Assembly (NCBI GenBank): GCA_977018835.1
Contig: OZ361256.1
Span: forward strand, 5,518,001 to 5,582,000
Reading direction: 5' to 3'
Length of the DNA stretch: 64,000 bases
Source of the DNA: Minutocellus sp. GHC0000111
Lineage: Eukaryota
The position numbers and the translations under genes were made by a program. The notes under the pieces are model-generated. The model made no database searches. It was not told the origin of the DNA and saw only the letters and a list, made by a program, of their open reading frames with translations. Positions 1-11,267 of the stretch are shown piece by piece; position 1 is the first letter of the stretch; every line of letters starts with the position of its first letter.

Positions 1-1641
1 ATTTCTGGGAAAGTTCCACAGCCTCAGCGTCCCATGCGCTCCTCCTGCCAAGAGGCTTGAGACCTTTCGGCTAGTGGACGGTAACTGAAGGATAGAAATA
101 TTCCCTTCAGTACGAAGGTGTCCACGTAACGAGTCGGCGTCGGATAGTACAATATGATTGGGGCCCTCGGCTTCGGAACCCGAATTGAGATCATATATTC
201 GAATTCTACAATCCGTGGCAAACGAGACCACAAGCAAATCTTCGCAGTACGGATTCCACTTGATAGAGCTGATTCTGGAAGTAGAGCGAGTACTGAAAGC
301 CAATACCGGACCGATAGAAGTAGCTTGTCGAATATTTCTACTGTTTGGATGGACGGTGTCAGGTGCTGCTCGTGCACGGTACGCAACCCTTCGTGCAGCG
401 ATATCAGCTGCACATAGCTCGTCAAAGTCATAAACAGTAATGATGCCACGGGTGTCGGCCGTTGCCAACAAGACTCCTAGTCTATCAAATTCAAGCGCCA
501 CGGTGCCATGGGCAGGAAGGTTTACTGTTTCGCATTTCGTCCACTTATCGGACGCATTTGCGAATCGCCGAAGAGCATTTGTCGGTTCAGGGCGGCAAGG
601 CTTTGGAGGAGCACTTCTTGTGCGACCATGGGCAATGGAAACACTTCGGCGAAATAGAGCAGATAGGACGTTCACTCTGTCCGTATCATTACTGACCTCA
701 GATGGCAAAGTATTTGGAGGGACACTAAAGTGTCTCATTCCAAATTGCATGGCATTCGAATTTTGCTTCGGATCGATTTGAACCTGTTCGTCAACAATAC
801 CTCCATCACTCACAGATGATGTGGCCCCGTTATCACTGTGGGCGACTGGAATATTATCCGAAAGAGGGGCGGGGTTGCCGTTGGTTTCGGTGTCTGCGCG
901 GTCCAATGAGATATCATTCGCGTTTATCGTGGTGGCCGCTGATGTGCTTGTCAATGTGTTTTCTGGAACGCTCGTCGTACTAGTTGTGCTATTGTCTCTA
1001 CTTCCTTTCTGCGACAAGGAACTCGAAAGGAATGCCCCGATACCCAGTTGACGGCGCTGCTGCTGCGGTTGTTGCTGTTGTTGTCGCTGCTCCTTTTGCT
1101 TTCGCCCTTGTTTGTCATTTGCACCGCTTTGACCGGTGTGGCGGCGAGCTGATGATGTGCTGGACACATCAGAGCTGCTCCTGCTCTCAAGCTTGCGCCT
1201 CTTGGCACCGCCGCTATTACTCCCTCTGCGGTCATTTCTTGCGTTGCTTTCGCCAACACGTAATCCACTGCTAGTTTTGCTGCCCTTGCTCTTGCTTTTA
1301 CTGCCAGCCAACGATGCGAGCGGCACCTCATCATTGTCGTCGTCGGAATCCTCGATCGATGACAAGTCGTCTTCCTCGTCACTCCTCTTTTTGCTTATTT
1401 TAGTTTCGCCACCCCTTCTTGCCAGCGATTGGAACAGCGGATAGCATGCCACAGATGATCGTGAGGTGGCTGAAGAGGACGTGGTGCTGCTGCTGCGTCT
1501 ACTCGTGCTGGTAGTGGCGGTTGCACTTGCCGCCCCCGATTTGCTCGTCTTTCTCCTCCTTTGCTTGTCGTCCGAAGTATCGAGTTGTGCCGGTATTGCC
1601 GAGAGCCCCTCCGGCAGTCCGAAGGAACCGATACCGTCCAT
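1..1641 (-). CDS. WD40-repeat protein with long low-complexity N-terminus (3' end runs off the window)
   Basis: Manual translation from the ATG at 1641 (MDGIGSFGLPEG...) stays open to base 1. It contains WD40-like segments: ALEFDRLGVLLATADTRGIITVYD, ISSIKWNP...RIRIYD and LLAGGAHGTLRLWN. It is missing from the ORF track because it has no stop in the window. Confidence 0.75.
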   Translation of the reverse strand, partial: MDGIGSFGLPEGLSAIPAQLDTSDDKQRRRKTSKSGAASATATTSTSRRSSSTTSSSATSRSSVACYPLFQSLARRGGETKISKKRSDEEDDLSSIEDSDDDNDEVPLASLAGSKSKSKGSKTSSGLRVGESNARNDRRGSNSGGAKRRKLESRSSSDVSSTSSARRHTGQSGANDKQGRKQKEQRQQQQQPQQQRRQLGIGAFLSSSLSQKGSRDNSTTSTTSVPENTLTSTSAATTINANDISLDRADTETNGNPAPLSDNIPVAHSDNGATSSVSDGGIVDEQVQIDPKQNSNAMQFGMRHFSVPPNTLPSEVSNDTDRVNVLSALFRRSVSIAHGRTRSAPPKPCRPEPTNALRRFANASDKWTKCETVNLPAHGTVALEFDRLGVLLATADTRGIITVYDFDELCAADIAARRVAYRARAAPDTVHPNSRNIRQATSIGPVLAFSTRSTSRISSIKWNPYCEDLLVVSFATDCRIRIYDLNSGSEAEGPNHIVLSDADSLRGHLRTEGNISILQLPSTSRKVSSLLAGGAHGTLRLWNFPRN

Positions 1642-1934
1642 GATGGCCGGTGGTATAGCTGAGGGGCGCAAGGCTCACTCACGGAAGTGCCGGTGGGAGT
1701 GGAGGGAAGGAGGGAAGGAGGGAAGGGGGGTTTTGAGGGTTGAGGAAACGGGTGGGCCAAGCCGGCATGGCAGTAAATTGAAAAAAATGGCCATCTTCGG
1801 TTTGGAGGCATGACTGAATGAATGTACATGTAGGAATTCCTACCGGTACCCGAGCAATAGCCAAGCCTATACCATCATTTGAAGGTAGACTACTCTAGAT
1901 CTACTACTACTTAGCGTTATGCCCAAGTCTAAGA

Positions 1935-4304
1935 TTATGCAGATTCCTTCTCCTCCGTTCCTCCTCTCCTCTTTCTTTGTTGCTGCAGCTCCTCCTTCTT
2001 ATTTTTCCACCACTGCTTCTGTTTCTCTTCAGCGTCCGGCTTGGATCGCATCTTCAATATAGCTTCAAGCGCCCCCTTGGCCCTTGGTTCCCTCATCTTG
2101 ACAGCCTGCTCCAATTCTCTCTGTGCCTTGCCCCACTCCCCAATCTTGTGCAAACCAATGGCATAGTCAACGACTACCCGAGGTGTGAGCGGGTGACGTG
2201 GATTCTCCTTCAACATGGCTCGGAACAATGCCGTAGATTCGTCGAGCTCTTCTCGTTGCAGATATATGGCTGCCAAATTAAATTTGTTTTCGTATACGCT
2301 TGGGTCAAGGGCTACAGCCTTTTCGGCATGTAGCAATGCCTTATCAACTAGAACAGGATCATTTGGGTCCTTCTCTGCCAGTGTTGAGTAATGCGACGCC
2401 AGAGTCACATGGCCGTTCATGGATTCTGGGTTATAAATCAAGTTCCTTTCCCACAAGACTTGACTATTTCTCCAAAAATTGAGGTTCTTGGGGGTGGTAA
2501 AGATCGAGGCATATGAACATGCCAGGATGATAAATACCAGGAATAAGATTCCTAAGAATCCTTCGAATCGATTGTTGTCCCCAACCTCGACAGCATTTGA
2601 TTGTGAGCTTTTGCCTTTCTTTGACTTCTTGCTTCCATCTACACGAACAGCTATGAAAGATGCATCAAATTGATCAAGAGGAAATGAAAGAGGAGCCATA
2701 GAGACTTCGTTTGGTATTGGCCCGCCCGCCAATTGCGTTTCGTCGGTATCTGCTTGTTGCTTTTGATCAGAGATGAGCGAGAAGCTACCACAAGCCACCG
2801 CTCCCAATAAGGGAGTCGCCATACAAAGCGGAATGTACATATAGCGATCTCCCGCGACCACATAATTGCCAGAATGATCTGTGGTCATGAGCGCGGGCAG
2901 CAAAAGCACCACCATAGATCCCCACGCACATGTCAAGACTCTTGTTGGCGTTGTTTTCATCGACCGAAGAAGCATTACTATTGTTGCAAGGGGGATCACC
3001 GCAAGACAGATACCTATCCACCAATCATCGACAATACTAACTTGTCGCATTTCAACCGTTGCGCGTAGATCAGTAGGGACAATGAGTTTCGCTACGTACC
3101 ACCCCATCGACCAAGCTGCCGTCTTTATTTTCCGAAAAAGTGAAATTTTTACCGCTTTCGATGCCTTATTCCCTCGAACGACGATCGCCGCAAGAACCGG
3201 AGTAGTGATGAGAAATACTGCCCATGCTCTTACCGATCGAAGAATAAGCCGGCAGAGTTTGGTCATTGGATTCCAATTTTCGTCCCTTTGGCCTCTGATT
3301 GATTTCGTTTTCACCCTTGCAGCCAAAATATTATCAAGCAACACGGTCCCTCGAGGAGACACGCTCAATGGACAGCTGAAAAGGTAGACATCAGAAATGA
3401 CGAACAGTACAGGCAAAACTATTGCCGGCGCCTTCGAAAAGGTTGCCAAAAAGTAAAAGATAAATGATATGATCTTGTGCCGAGTTGCCAAGAAAGTTTC
3501 ATGGCCAAGCAGGTCGATTTTTGTTTGCATGGACGTTTTATTTCCGCTTTTCCGCCTTTTCGTCTTCCCGTCAGTACGAAATCTTTGCAGTAATCCAAAG
3601 ATATGAAATGGCTCGTTGACTGCCGATGACTTCGCAGTGCCAACAACTTCGCGCTTGGACCGTCTCCAATTTCTCATGACCACACGATGTTTGATGTAAT
3701 GCCAGTACGATATCAGTGCAAAAGTGCATGCAAAGGGATAGGACATGCAGCTTGCCCATCCAATTATTTGCGCCTGGAGCGGATGCACTGCGAATAGAGC
3801 CGATCCAATCCAACAACCAATCATTCCAATTACTCGATGCCTCTGAAGATGTTGTAATGTTGGGTTGTGACCTCCCTCCTCATCGCCACTGATTGCTTTG
3901 GCCCTGCCTTCGTAGAATTCATAGTCATTGGCTGCTATCAATAAGCAATTGCCCACCAAGAATACCAAGCACACATTCAACATGTGCGCAATGAGATTGA
4001 TTATGCGATATGTCTGGGCAGTGATTACGACCCCCAACGCTCGAAGGGCGGAATGAAGCAAAACCTTTACGACGAGCGATACCGGCTCGTAGACACTATG
4101 AATGACACCATCCTTGACTGCCCATCGGACAGTTGCCCAGCTCAACGAAAGGTGTCTGTTCTGGTAAAAGTTGCCACCATCGTCCCATAAGTAGTCCCAC
4201 TCGGCCGGCTCGTTGCTTAGCGCTGGGCGGAAGGTGTAGACGGTGAGAACGACGAGGAGGGAGAGAGCGAGGCCGTTGGTGATAAAACTGCCACTGGCGG
4301 TCAT
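1935..4304 (-). CDS. TMTC-like protein O-mannosyltransferase (GT-C membrane domain plus TPR repeats)
   Basis: 789-aa ORF with the WDD acidic motif after TM1, FAVHPLQ, SKAPA, GDRYMYIP and FWRNSQVLWE followed by TPR-like helices. This is the TMTC family pattern. Confidence 0.8.
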   Translation of the reverse strand: MTASGSFITNGLALSLLVVLTVYTFRPALSNEPAEWDYLWDDGGNFYQNRHLSLSWATVRWAVKDGVIHSVYEPVSLVVKVLLHSALRALGVVITAQTYRIINLIAHMLNVCLVFLVGNCLLIAANDYEFYEGRAKAISGDEEGGHNPTLQHLQRHRVIGMIGCWIGSALFAVHPLQAQIIGWASCMSYPFACTFALISYWHYIKHRVVMRNWRRSKREVVGTAKSSAVNEPFHIFGLLQRFRTDGKTKRRKSGNKTSMQTKIDLLGHETFLATRHKIISFIFYFLATFSKAPAIVLPVLFVISDVYLFSCPLSVSPRGTVLLDNILAARVKTKSIRGQRDENWNPMTKLCRLILRSVRAWAVFLITTPVLAAIVVRGNKASKAVKISLFRKIKTAAWSMGWYVAKLIVPTDLRATVEMRQVSIVDDWWIGICLAVIPLATIVMLLRSMKTTPTRVLTCAWGSMVVLLLPALMTTDHSGNYVVAGDRYMYIPLCMATPLLGAVACGSFSLISDQKQQADTDETQLAGGPIPNEVSMAPLSFPLDQFDASFIAVRVDGSKKSKKGKSSQSNAVEVGDNNRFEGFLGILFLVFIILACSYASIFTTPKNLNFWRNSQVLWERNLIYNPESMNGHVTLASHYSTLAEKDPNDPVLVDKALLHAEKAVALDPSVYENKFNLAAIYLQREELDESTALFRAMLKENPRHPLTPRVVVDYAIGLHKIGEWGKAQRELEQAVKMREPRAKGALEAILKMRSKPDAEEKQKQWWKNKKEELQQQRKRRGGTEEKESA

Positions 4305-4740
4305 GGCAGACCTACGAGCACCCCACGCCCCGCAAGAGGAGCAACTATTGCTGGCTTAAAAGCAATGCAGGCGGCTGGCACAGAGTTCAAGGATGCGGTG
4401 AAAGATTGGTGGAAGGGCGCAGTGGTGGTCTGGTCGAGAGGCAAGCAACTTGAACTGGCGAAGGGCGAATGAGGCAAGGGGGCATAAATATTTCATCGCT
4501 GCTCTAGCTACTACTAGTACGTAGCTACGTAGCTATGTACGTACACACGTAGCTACGTACGTAGCTAAAGAAAAACGCGCGCAGGCCAGACGACGCCGAC
4601 GTCAGTCGTCATCGTCAGTCGGTCAGACGCCCAAGGCGAAGCTAAAAGCCTAGGTCCAGAAAAAAACAAAGATACCACCCCATCATTCTTCGAAGCAGTC
4701 AGTAGAGCGGGAGTCACCTCCAACCCCTGCAAGTGCTGAT

Positions 4741-5662
4741 ATGATGACTACGGCTCGGCGTATTTCGACATTTTTTACTCTTTGCCTTGTCACCATAAGC
4801 GTTGCTAAAGGGTGGATCTTTAGCAGCTCTCAACTTTCAGCACCATTTCGAAGACGACACGAAGCAGCTTGAAAATAGCGACGATGGTCAGTCGCCCATG
4901 ATCCCAAGCGACATAAAGTCGACCATTCACAACATTGCGGTTGATTTATGGGGTGATCAGAGCGCGCTCGATAAAGTCATAACAGTAACAGATGGTATTG
5001 ATCCTCTGCAAGGCGAAATGCAATTGCCTTCCGACATTCCCATCACAGACAGATATGCCTACTTCTTGATAGAGGCCAAACGTGGCGACGCGAGGGCGCA
5101 GCATTCTCTGGGCTTGTTGATGTGGAATGGATTTGGTTCGGTAGATATTGATCCAGAAGCGTCGGCGCGATGGCATGCAGCTGCTGCCGTCCAGGGAAAT
5201 ATTGACGCCTTGGCAGTTTTTGGCGGGTGTCTTCGTACTGGAACAGGTGTTGGCAAACATAACAAGAATATTGCTTTGGGTCTCAAGTGCATCGAGTATG
5301 CTGCATCCGTTGGTAACCCAAGTGGCGTGAACAAAAAAGGAGCAATGCTTGAGTCGAATGATGACTGGTTTAACGCAGCTCATTTGTATGAAAAACACTG
5401 CATTGACAAGTCAACAAGAAATAATGCTCTCTTATTATTCAATTGGGGTTACTGTCTTGTCAATGGGAATGGCGTGGAACGAGATGCCCAAGCTGGGGAG
5501 ACAATATGGAAAGAAGCTGTAGATATGGCTCCTGATGAAGGCTCCGAAGAAGCTGCATACTTCTTGTACGAACAATGTGTAAGAGATGATATTGGCGAGG
5601 CAAGAAGATGGCTCGAGATATCAGCGGAACTTGGATACCAAGAAGCGATAGCATTAATTTGA
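4741..5662 (+). CDS. Sel1-like repeat protein, probably with signal/plastid presequence (frameshift near 4850-4865), copy 1
   Basis: ORF 4802-5662 has Sel1 repeats (AKRGDARAQHSLGLLMWNGFG, AAVQGNIDALAVFG, WLEISAELGYQEA). The ATG at 4741 encodes a signal-like MMTTARRISTFFTLCLVTISVAKG|W in a different frame. Confidence 0.75.
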
Positions 5663-5808
5663 GCGAGTGCTCAAAGTAAAAACGGCTTCAGCAAATATCA
5701 TATACGAGCGTGATACTACGCTGTGCTGGCACTGATTCCTGCTTGTCATGTATGTAACCTAAGACTAATTGATGAATCAAAATTACGGACATTTACAGAA
5801 GGATCATA

Positions 5809-7098
5809 TTATGGCAAAAGGCCCGCAGACGTTTCCTGTCCCTTGCGCAGCTGAACTTCGGCAGCCTCGACACAGAAGAAATGTGCCCTCATGTATCGAA
5901 TGACACCAATTGGCAGCAAGAAGGCAAACAGATTGATCGTCCAATACGCATAATTGGCAATCGCAAGTGCCCGTCCAGCTGGTCCCAAAGGAGTGGTCGC
6001 CAGTGCCCAATTCCAAAGTGGTGCCAGCCTCACTGCATTGTAAGCAACGGGAATGAATATTCTAAGCGGTAGGGGTGCCAATAGCCGCCTTGATGTTGCC
6101 TCTGTCACCGCTTGACAGCATAGCAAGAACGACGGCCGAGCAGCCAACGCCGCCGCCACCAAATCTTTCTTGCCAAACCCATACCACAGAACAGACGTCA
6201 GGGGCAATATCAGACCGATGACAGCACCAAGCCGCAACCATGTTCTATATGCCGCGGAATTGGTCAAGGGCACGCCGAGTGGGTTGGACACCAAGCTCGG
6301 GACGTGGCCCTGGGGTGGCAACGAGGGGATCATACTGCCACTCCCGCCAATTCCTCCGCTGGGCTGCTCGTCCAACTCGGCAGCGATGCTGGTACTCCGC
6401 GCCGGTGGCTCCACCTCCCTTGGTGAACTCGAGGCCAACCCCAGCACCACGAGGTATGCCGTCAGCCCCGCCACAGTCATTACATCCGTCGGCAGGACCA
6501 GCCCATCTACAGCCAACAGGAGCGCCACGATGGCTGGAGTTCGTTCGACCGGTGCTTCCCAAAATGTGTCGTCACCACCGCGGGCAGAACGATCGCCGGA
6601 TGCCGATTGCTGTTCGGATGTGGCCGCCCGGCGAAGAACTCGACCGACGGCACCTCGAATCAGCCTGCGCTTCCTCCCTCGACGAGGGGTAGAGGGGTCT
6701 ATTGGTGATGATGTTATGGGGGACAATGTGACATCGTCGTCCAGGGGGACATCACCCGCAAGCAAGTCGGAGGCAAAGGATGGTATGGCACCTCCAGGGA
6801 AGGAATCGGCAAGTTTCACGGGCTCTTCGTTGGTCGGCGGCCAAATTTCGGATCCTCTCCCATACTTGGTGCCTTCAGCCATGAGAGGTTGGACGTTGGA
6901 CTGGAGGATACGCTTGTTGTGGGCAACATGATATGTGCTTGATCGACCGCTACCGGAAATGAAATATTTGGGTCTGGAATTCTGACGTGACGAAGAAGAC
7001 GGTAGCTGGAAGGCCTCTGCTTGGAGGGAATGGAATGATATCCCAGTTGTCAGGGCAATCAAGGCGCCGAAAGGGGGAAAGCGGCGAGGGGTCGTCAT
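5809..7098 (-). CDS. Plastid-targeted multi-pass membrane protein of unknown function, copy 1
   Basis: Likely start is MTTPRRF at 7098, followed by a signal peptide ending AEA|F and a Ser/Arg-rich transit peptide. The C-terminal TM domain (PLRIFIPVAYN...GRALAIANYAYWTINLFAFLLP) resembles a conserved plant/algal membrane family. Confidence 0.75.
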   Translation of the reverse strand: MTTPRRFPPFGALIALTTGISFHSLQAEAFQLPSSSSRQNSRPKYFISGSGRSSTYHVAHNKRILQSNVQPLMAEGTKYGRGSEIWPPTNEEPVKLADSFPGGAIPSFASDLLAGDVPLDDDVTLSPITSSPIDPSTPRRGRKRRLIRGAVGRVLRRAATSEQQSASGDRSARGGDDTFWEAPVERTPAIVALLLAVDGLVLPTDVMTVAGLTAYLVVLGLASSSPREVEPPARSTSIAAELDEQPSGGIGGSGSMIPSLPPQGHVPSLVSNPLGVPLTNSAAYRTWLRLGAVIGLILPLTSVLWYGFGKKDLVAAALAARPSFLLCCQAVTEATSRRLLAPLPLRIFIPVAYNAVRLAPLWNWALATTPLGPAGRALAIANYAYWTINLFAFLLPIGVIRYMRAHFFCVEAAEVQLRKGQETSAGLLP

Positions 7099-7486
7099 GG
7101 TTGAAGTGACGCATCGATGGAATGAGGATTTCAGCCGGGACGAGTGATGGAAAGACACCCAAAAAAGGAGTGCGTCAAAACCGCTCTGCCGATGCCGTCG
7201 CCGCGCCGTCGCATTTCTGTTCTCCACCACGAAATAAATACGTGATGTTCGTGCTTCATCCCGACGGCCAGAGCAGCTCCGGTGGACCCTCCGACTCGCC
7301 CCTACGCGCCAATCTCAAGTTTTGGGGCAAGCAGATCATCTTCTGGGCGTCAATTCGAGCGGCATACGTGTTCTTTGGAGAGAAGAGCTCGCAGAAGAAA
7401 ATTACCCAATAATAATCGTGCCGGCATTGAATGCCGCCGGTGTGAACGGGGGACAATGGCGTTGACGGAGGAGCAGAAACAAAAGA

Positions 7487-7702
7487 GCTAGATCTAGTAA
7501 CCGCAAAAATCTGCTCTTTATCAATCAATTAAAATGAAGCCACGAGATACTGGTTCAAATCATGTCCTCCGGTGAGTGATGCTAGTTGTTTGGAGACATA
7601 CTATCCATGTAGTCCCATACTCGCATGTCATCGCACTCTTCGAGCAGTCCCTCTTCGAAATAAAGCCCAAAAACCAGCGGCTGAGCGTCCGTGTTCAAAT
7701 CC
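7487..7702. other. 216-bp filler sequence at the duplication junction
   Basis: Lies between the end of copy 1 and the start of copy 2. No match to either flank or, as far as I could see, elsewhere in the window. Confidence 0.85.
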
Positions 7703-8116
7703 GATTGCTTTGGCCCTGCCTTCGTAGAATTCATAGTCATTGGCTGCTATCAATAAGCAATTGCCCACCAAGAATACCAAGCACACATTCAACATGTGCG
7801 CAATGAGATTGATTATGCGATATGTCTGGGCAGTGATTACGACCCCCAACGCTCGAAGGGCGGAATGAAGCAAAACCTTTACGACGAGCGATACCGGCTC
7901 GTAGACACTATGAATGACACCATCCTTGACTGCCCATCGGACAGTTGCCCAGCTCAACGAAAGGTGTCTGTTCTGGTAAAAGTTGCCACCATCGTCCCAT
8001 AAGTAGTCCCACTCGGCCGGCTCGTTGCTTAGCGCTGGGCGGAAGGTGTAGACGGTGAGAACGACGAGGAGGGAGAGAGCGAGGCCGTTGGTGATAAAAC
8101 TGCCACTGGCGGTCAT
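7628..8116 (-). pseudogene. 5' fragment of the TMTC-like gene fused to filler-derived C-terminus
   Basis: The first ~138 aa are identical to the 1935-4304 protein (to ...EGRAKAI). It then reads GFEHGRSAAGFWALFRRGTARRVR* from the filler. Confidence 0.85.
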
Positions 8117-8552
8117 GGCAGACCTACGAGCACCCCACGCCCCGCAAGAGGAGCAACTATTGCTGGCTTAAAAGCAATGCAGGCGGCTGGCACAGAGTTC
8201 AAGGATGCGGTGAAAGATTGGTGGAAGGGCGCAGTGGTGGTCTGGTCGAGAGGCAAGCAACTTGAACTGGCGAAGGGCGAATGAGGCAAGGGGGCATAAA
8301 TATTTCATCGCTGCTCTAGCTACTACTAGTACGTAGCTACGTAGCTATGTACGTACACACGTAGCTACGTACGTAGCTAAAGAAAAACGCGCGCAGGCCA
8401 GACGACGCCGACGTCAGTCGTCATCGTCAGTCGGTCAGACGCCCAAGGCGAAGCTAAAAGCCTAGGTCCAGAAAAAAACAAAGATACCACCCCATCATTC
8501 TTCGAAGCAGTCAGTAGAGCGGGAGTCACCTCCAACCCCTGCAAGTGCTGAT

Positions 8553-9474
8553 ATGATGACTACGGCTCGGCGTATTTCGACATTTTTTACTCTTTGCCTT
8601 GTCACCATAAGCGTTGCTAAAGGGTGGATCTTTAGCAGCTCTCAACTTTCAGCACCATTTCGAAGACGACACGAAGCAGCTTGAAAATAGCGACGATGGT
8701 CAGTCGCCCATGATCCCAAGCGACATAAAGTCGACCATTCACAACATTGCGGTTGATTTATGGGGTGATCAGAGCGCGCTCGATAAAGTCATAACAGTAA
8801 CAGATGGTATTGATCCTCTGCAAGGCGAAATGCAATTGCCTTCCGACATTCCCATCACAGACAGATATGCCTACTTCTTGATAGAGGCCAAACGTGGCGA
8901 CGCGAGGGCGCAGCATTCTCTGGGCTTGTTGATGTGGAATGGATTTGGTTCGGTAGATATTGATCCAGAAGCGTCGGCGCGATGGCATGCAGCTGCTGCC
9001 GTCCAGGGAAATATTGACGCCTTGGCAGTTTTTGGCGGGTGTCTTCGTACTGGAACAGGTGTTGGCAAACATAACAAGAATATTGCTTTGGGTCTCAAGT
9101 GCATCGAGTATGCTGCATCCGTTGGTAACCCAAGTGGCGTGAACAAAAAAGGAGCAATGCTTGAGTCGAATGATGACTGGTTTAACGCAGCTCATTTGTA
9201 TGAAAAACACTGCATTGACAAGTCAACAAGAAATAATGCTCTCTTATTATTCAATTGGGGTTACTGTCTTGTCAATGGGAATGGCGTGGAACGAGATGCC
9301 CAAGCTGGGGAGACAATATGGAAAGAAGCTGTAGATATGGCTCCTGATGAAGGCTCCGAAGAAGCTGCATACTTCTTGTACGAACAATGTGTAAGAGATG
9401 ATATTGGCGAGGCAAGAAGATGGCTCGAGATATCAGCGGAACTTGGATACCAAGAAGCGATAGCATTAATTTGA
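8553..9474 (+). CDS. Sel1-like repeat protein, copy 2 (same 5' frameshift)
   Basis: Translation identical to copy 1 (ORF 8614-9474). Confidence 0.75.
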
Positions 9475-9620
9475 GCGAGTGCTCAAAGTAAAAACGGCTT
9501 CAGCAAATATCATATACGAGCGTGATACTACGCTGTGCTGGCACTGATTCCTGCTTGTCATGTATGTAACCTAAGACTAATTGATGAATCAAAATTACGG
9601 ACATTTACAGAAGGATCATA

Positions 9621-10910
9621 TTATGGCAAAAGGCCCGCAGACGTTTCCTGTCCCTTGCGCAGCTGAACTTCGGCAGCCTCGACACAGAAGAAATGTGCCC
9701 TCATGTATCGAATGACACCAATTGGCAGCAAGAAGGCAAACAGATTGATCGTCCAATACGCATAATTGGCAATCGCAAGTGCCCGTCCAGCTGGTCCCAA
9801 AGGAGTGGTCGCCAGTGCCCAATTCCAAAGTGGTGCCAGCCTCACTGCATTGTAAGCAACGGGAATGAATATTCTAAGCGGTAGGGGTGCCAATAGCCGC
9901 CTTGATGTTGCCTCTGTCACCGCTTGACAGCATAGCAAGAACGACGGCCGAGCAGCCAACGCCGCCGCCACCAAATCTTTCTTGCCAAACCCATACCACA
10001 GAACAGACGTCAGGGGCAATATCAGACCGATGACAGCACCAAGCCGCAACCATGTTCTATATGCCGCGGAATTGGTCAAGGGCACGCCGAGTGGGTTGGA
10101 CACCAAGCTCGGGACGTGGCCCTGGGGTGGCAACGAGGGGATCATACTGCCACTCCCGCCAATTCCTCCGCTGGGCTGCTCGTCCAACTCGGCAGCGATG
10201 CTGGTACTCCGCGCCGGTGGCTCCACCTCCCTTGGTGAACTCGAGGCCAACCCCAGCACCACGAGGTATGCCGTCAGCCCCGCCACAGTCATTACATCCG
10301 TCGGCAGGACCAGCCCATCTACAGCCAACAGGAGCGCCACGATGGCTGGAGTTCGTTCGACCGGTGCTTCCCAAAATGTGTCGTCACCACCGCGGGCAGA
10401 ACGATCGCCGGATGCCGATTGCTGTTCGGATGTGGCCGCCCGGCGAAGAACTCGACCGACGGCACCTCGAATCAGCCTGCGCTTCCTCCCTCGACGAGGG
10501 GTAGAGGGGTCTATTGGTGATGATGTTATGGGGGACAATGTGACATCGTCGTCCAGGGGGACATCACCCGCAAGCAAGTCGGAGGCAAAGGATGGTATGG
10601 CACCTCCAGGGAAGGAATCGGCAAGTTTCACGGGCTCTTCGTTGGTCGGCGGCCAAATTTCGGATCCTCTCCCATACTTGGTGCCTTCAGCCATGAGAGG
10701 TTGGACGTTGGACTGGAGGATACGCTTGTTGTGGGCAACATGATATGTGCTTGATCGACCGCTACCGGAAATGAAATATTTGGGTCTGGAATTCTGACGT
10801 GACGAAGAAGACGGTAGCTGGAAGGCCTCTGCTTGGAGGGAATGGAATGATATCCCAGTTGTCAGGGCAATCAAGGCGCCGAAAGGGGGAAAGCGGCGAG
10901 GGGTCGTCAT
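9621..10910 (-). CDS. Plastid-targeted membrane protein, copy 2
   Basis: Translation identical to 5809-7098. Confidence 0.75.
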   Translation of the reverse strand: MTTPRRFPPFGALIALTTGISFHSLQAEAFQLPSSSSRQNSRPKYFISGSGRSSTYHVAHNKRILQSNVQPLMAEGTKYGRGSEIWPPTNEEPVKLADSFPGGAIPSFASDLLAGDVPLDDDVTLSPITSSPIDPSTPRRGRKRRLIRGAVGRVLRRAATSEQQSASGDRSARGGDDTFWEAPVERTPAIVALLLAVDGLVLPTDVMTVAGLTAYLVVLGLASSSPREVEPPARSTSIAAELDEQPSGGIGGSGSMIPSLPPQGHVPSLVSNPLGVPLTNSAAYRTWLRLGAVIGLILPLTSVLWYGFGKKDLVAAALAARPSFLLCCQAVTEATSRRLLAPLPLRIFIPVAYNAVRLAPLWNWALATTPLGPAGRALAIANYAYWTINLFAFLLPIGVIRYMRAHFFCVEAAEVQLRKGQETSAGLLP

Positions 10911-11267
10911 GGTTGAAGTGACGCATCGATGGAATGAGGATTTCAGCCGGGACGAGTGATGGAAAGACACCCAAAAAAGGAGTGCGTCAAAACCGCTCTG
11001 CCGATGCCGTCGCCGCGCCGTCGCATTTCTGTTCTCCACCACGAAATAAATACGTGATGTTCGTGCTTCATCCCGACGGCCAGAGCAGCTCCGGTGGACC
11101 CTCCGACTCGCCCCTACGCGCCAATCTCAAGTTTTGGGGCAAGCAGATCATCTTCTGGGCGTCAATTCGAGCGGCATACGTGTTCTTTGGAGAGAAGAGC
11201 TCGCAGAAGAAAATTACCCAATAATAATCGTGCCGGCATTGAATGCCGCCGGTGTGAACGGGGGACA

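Larger units (their letters stand above)
3891..7486. repeat. Segmental tandem duplication, copy 1 (3,596 bp)
   Basis: 3891-7486 matches 7703-11298 at a constant offset of 3812. ORF translations in the two copies are identical. Identity ends at t3890/c7702 on the left and g7487/t11299 on the right. Confidence 0.95.

Noticed and set aside
1695..1740. G-rich tract (gggaagga repeats) as a G-quadruplex element
   Set aside because: It is a simple purine microsatellite-like 5' region of the WD40 gene, with no supporting evidence of function.
7680..7702. tRNA T-loop-like GTTCAAATCC in the filler
   Set aside because: No acceptor stem, D arm or anticodon arm could be folded.
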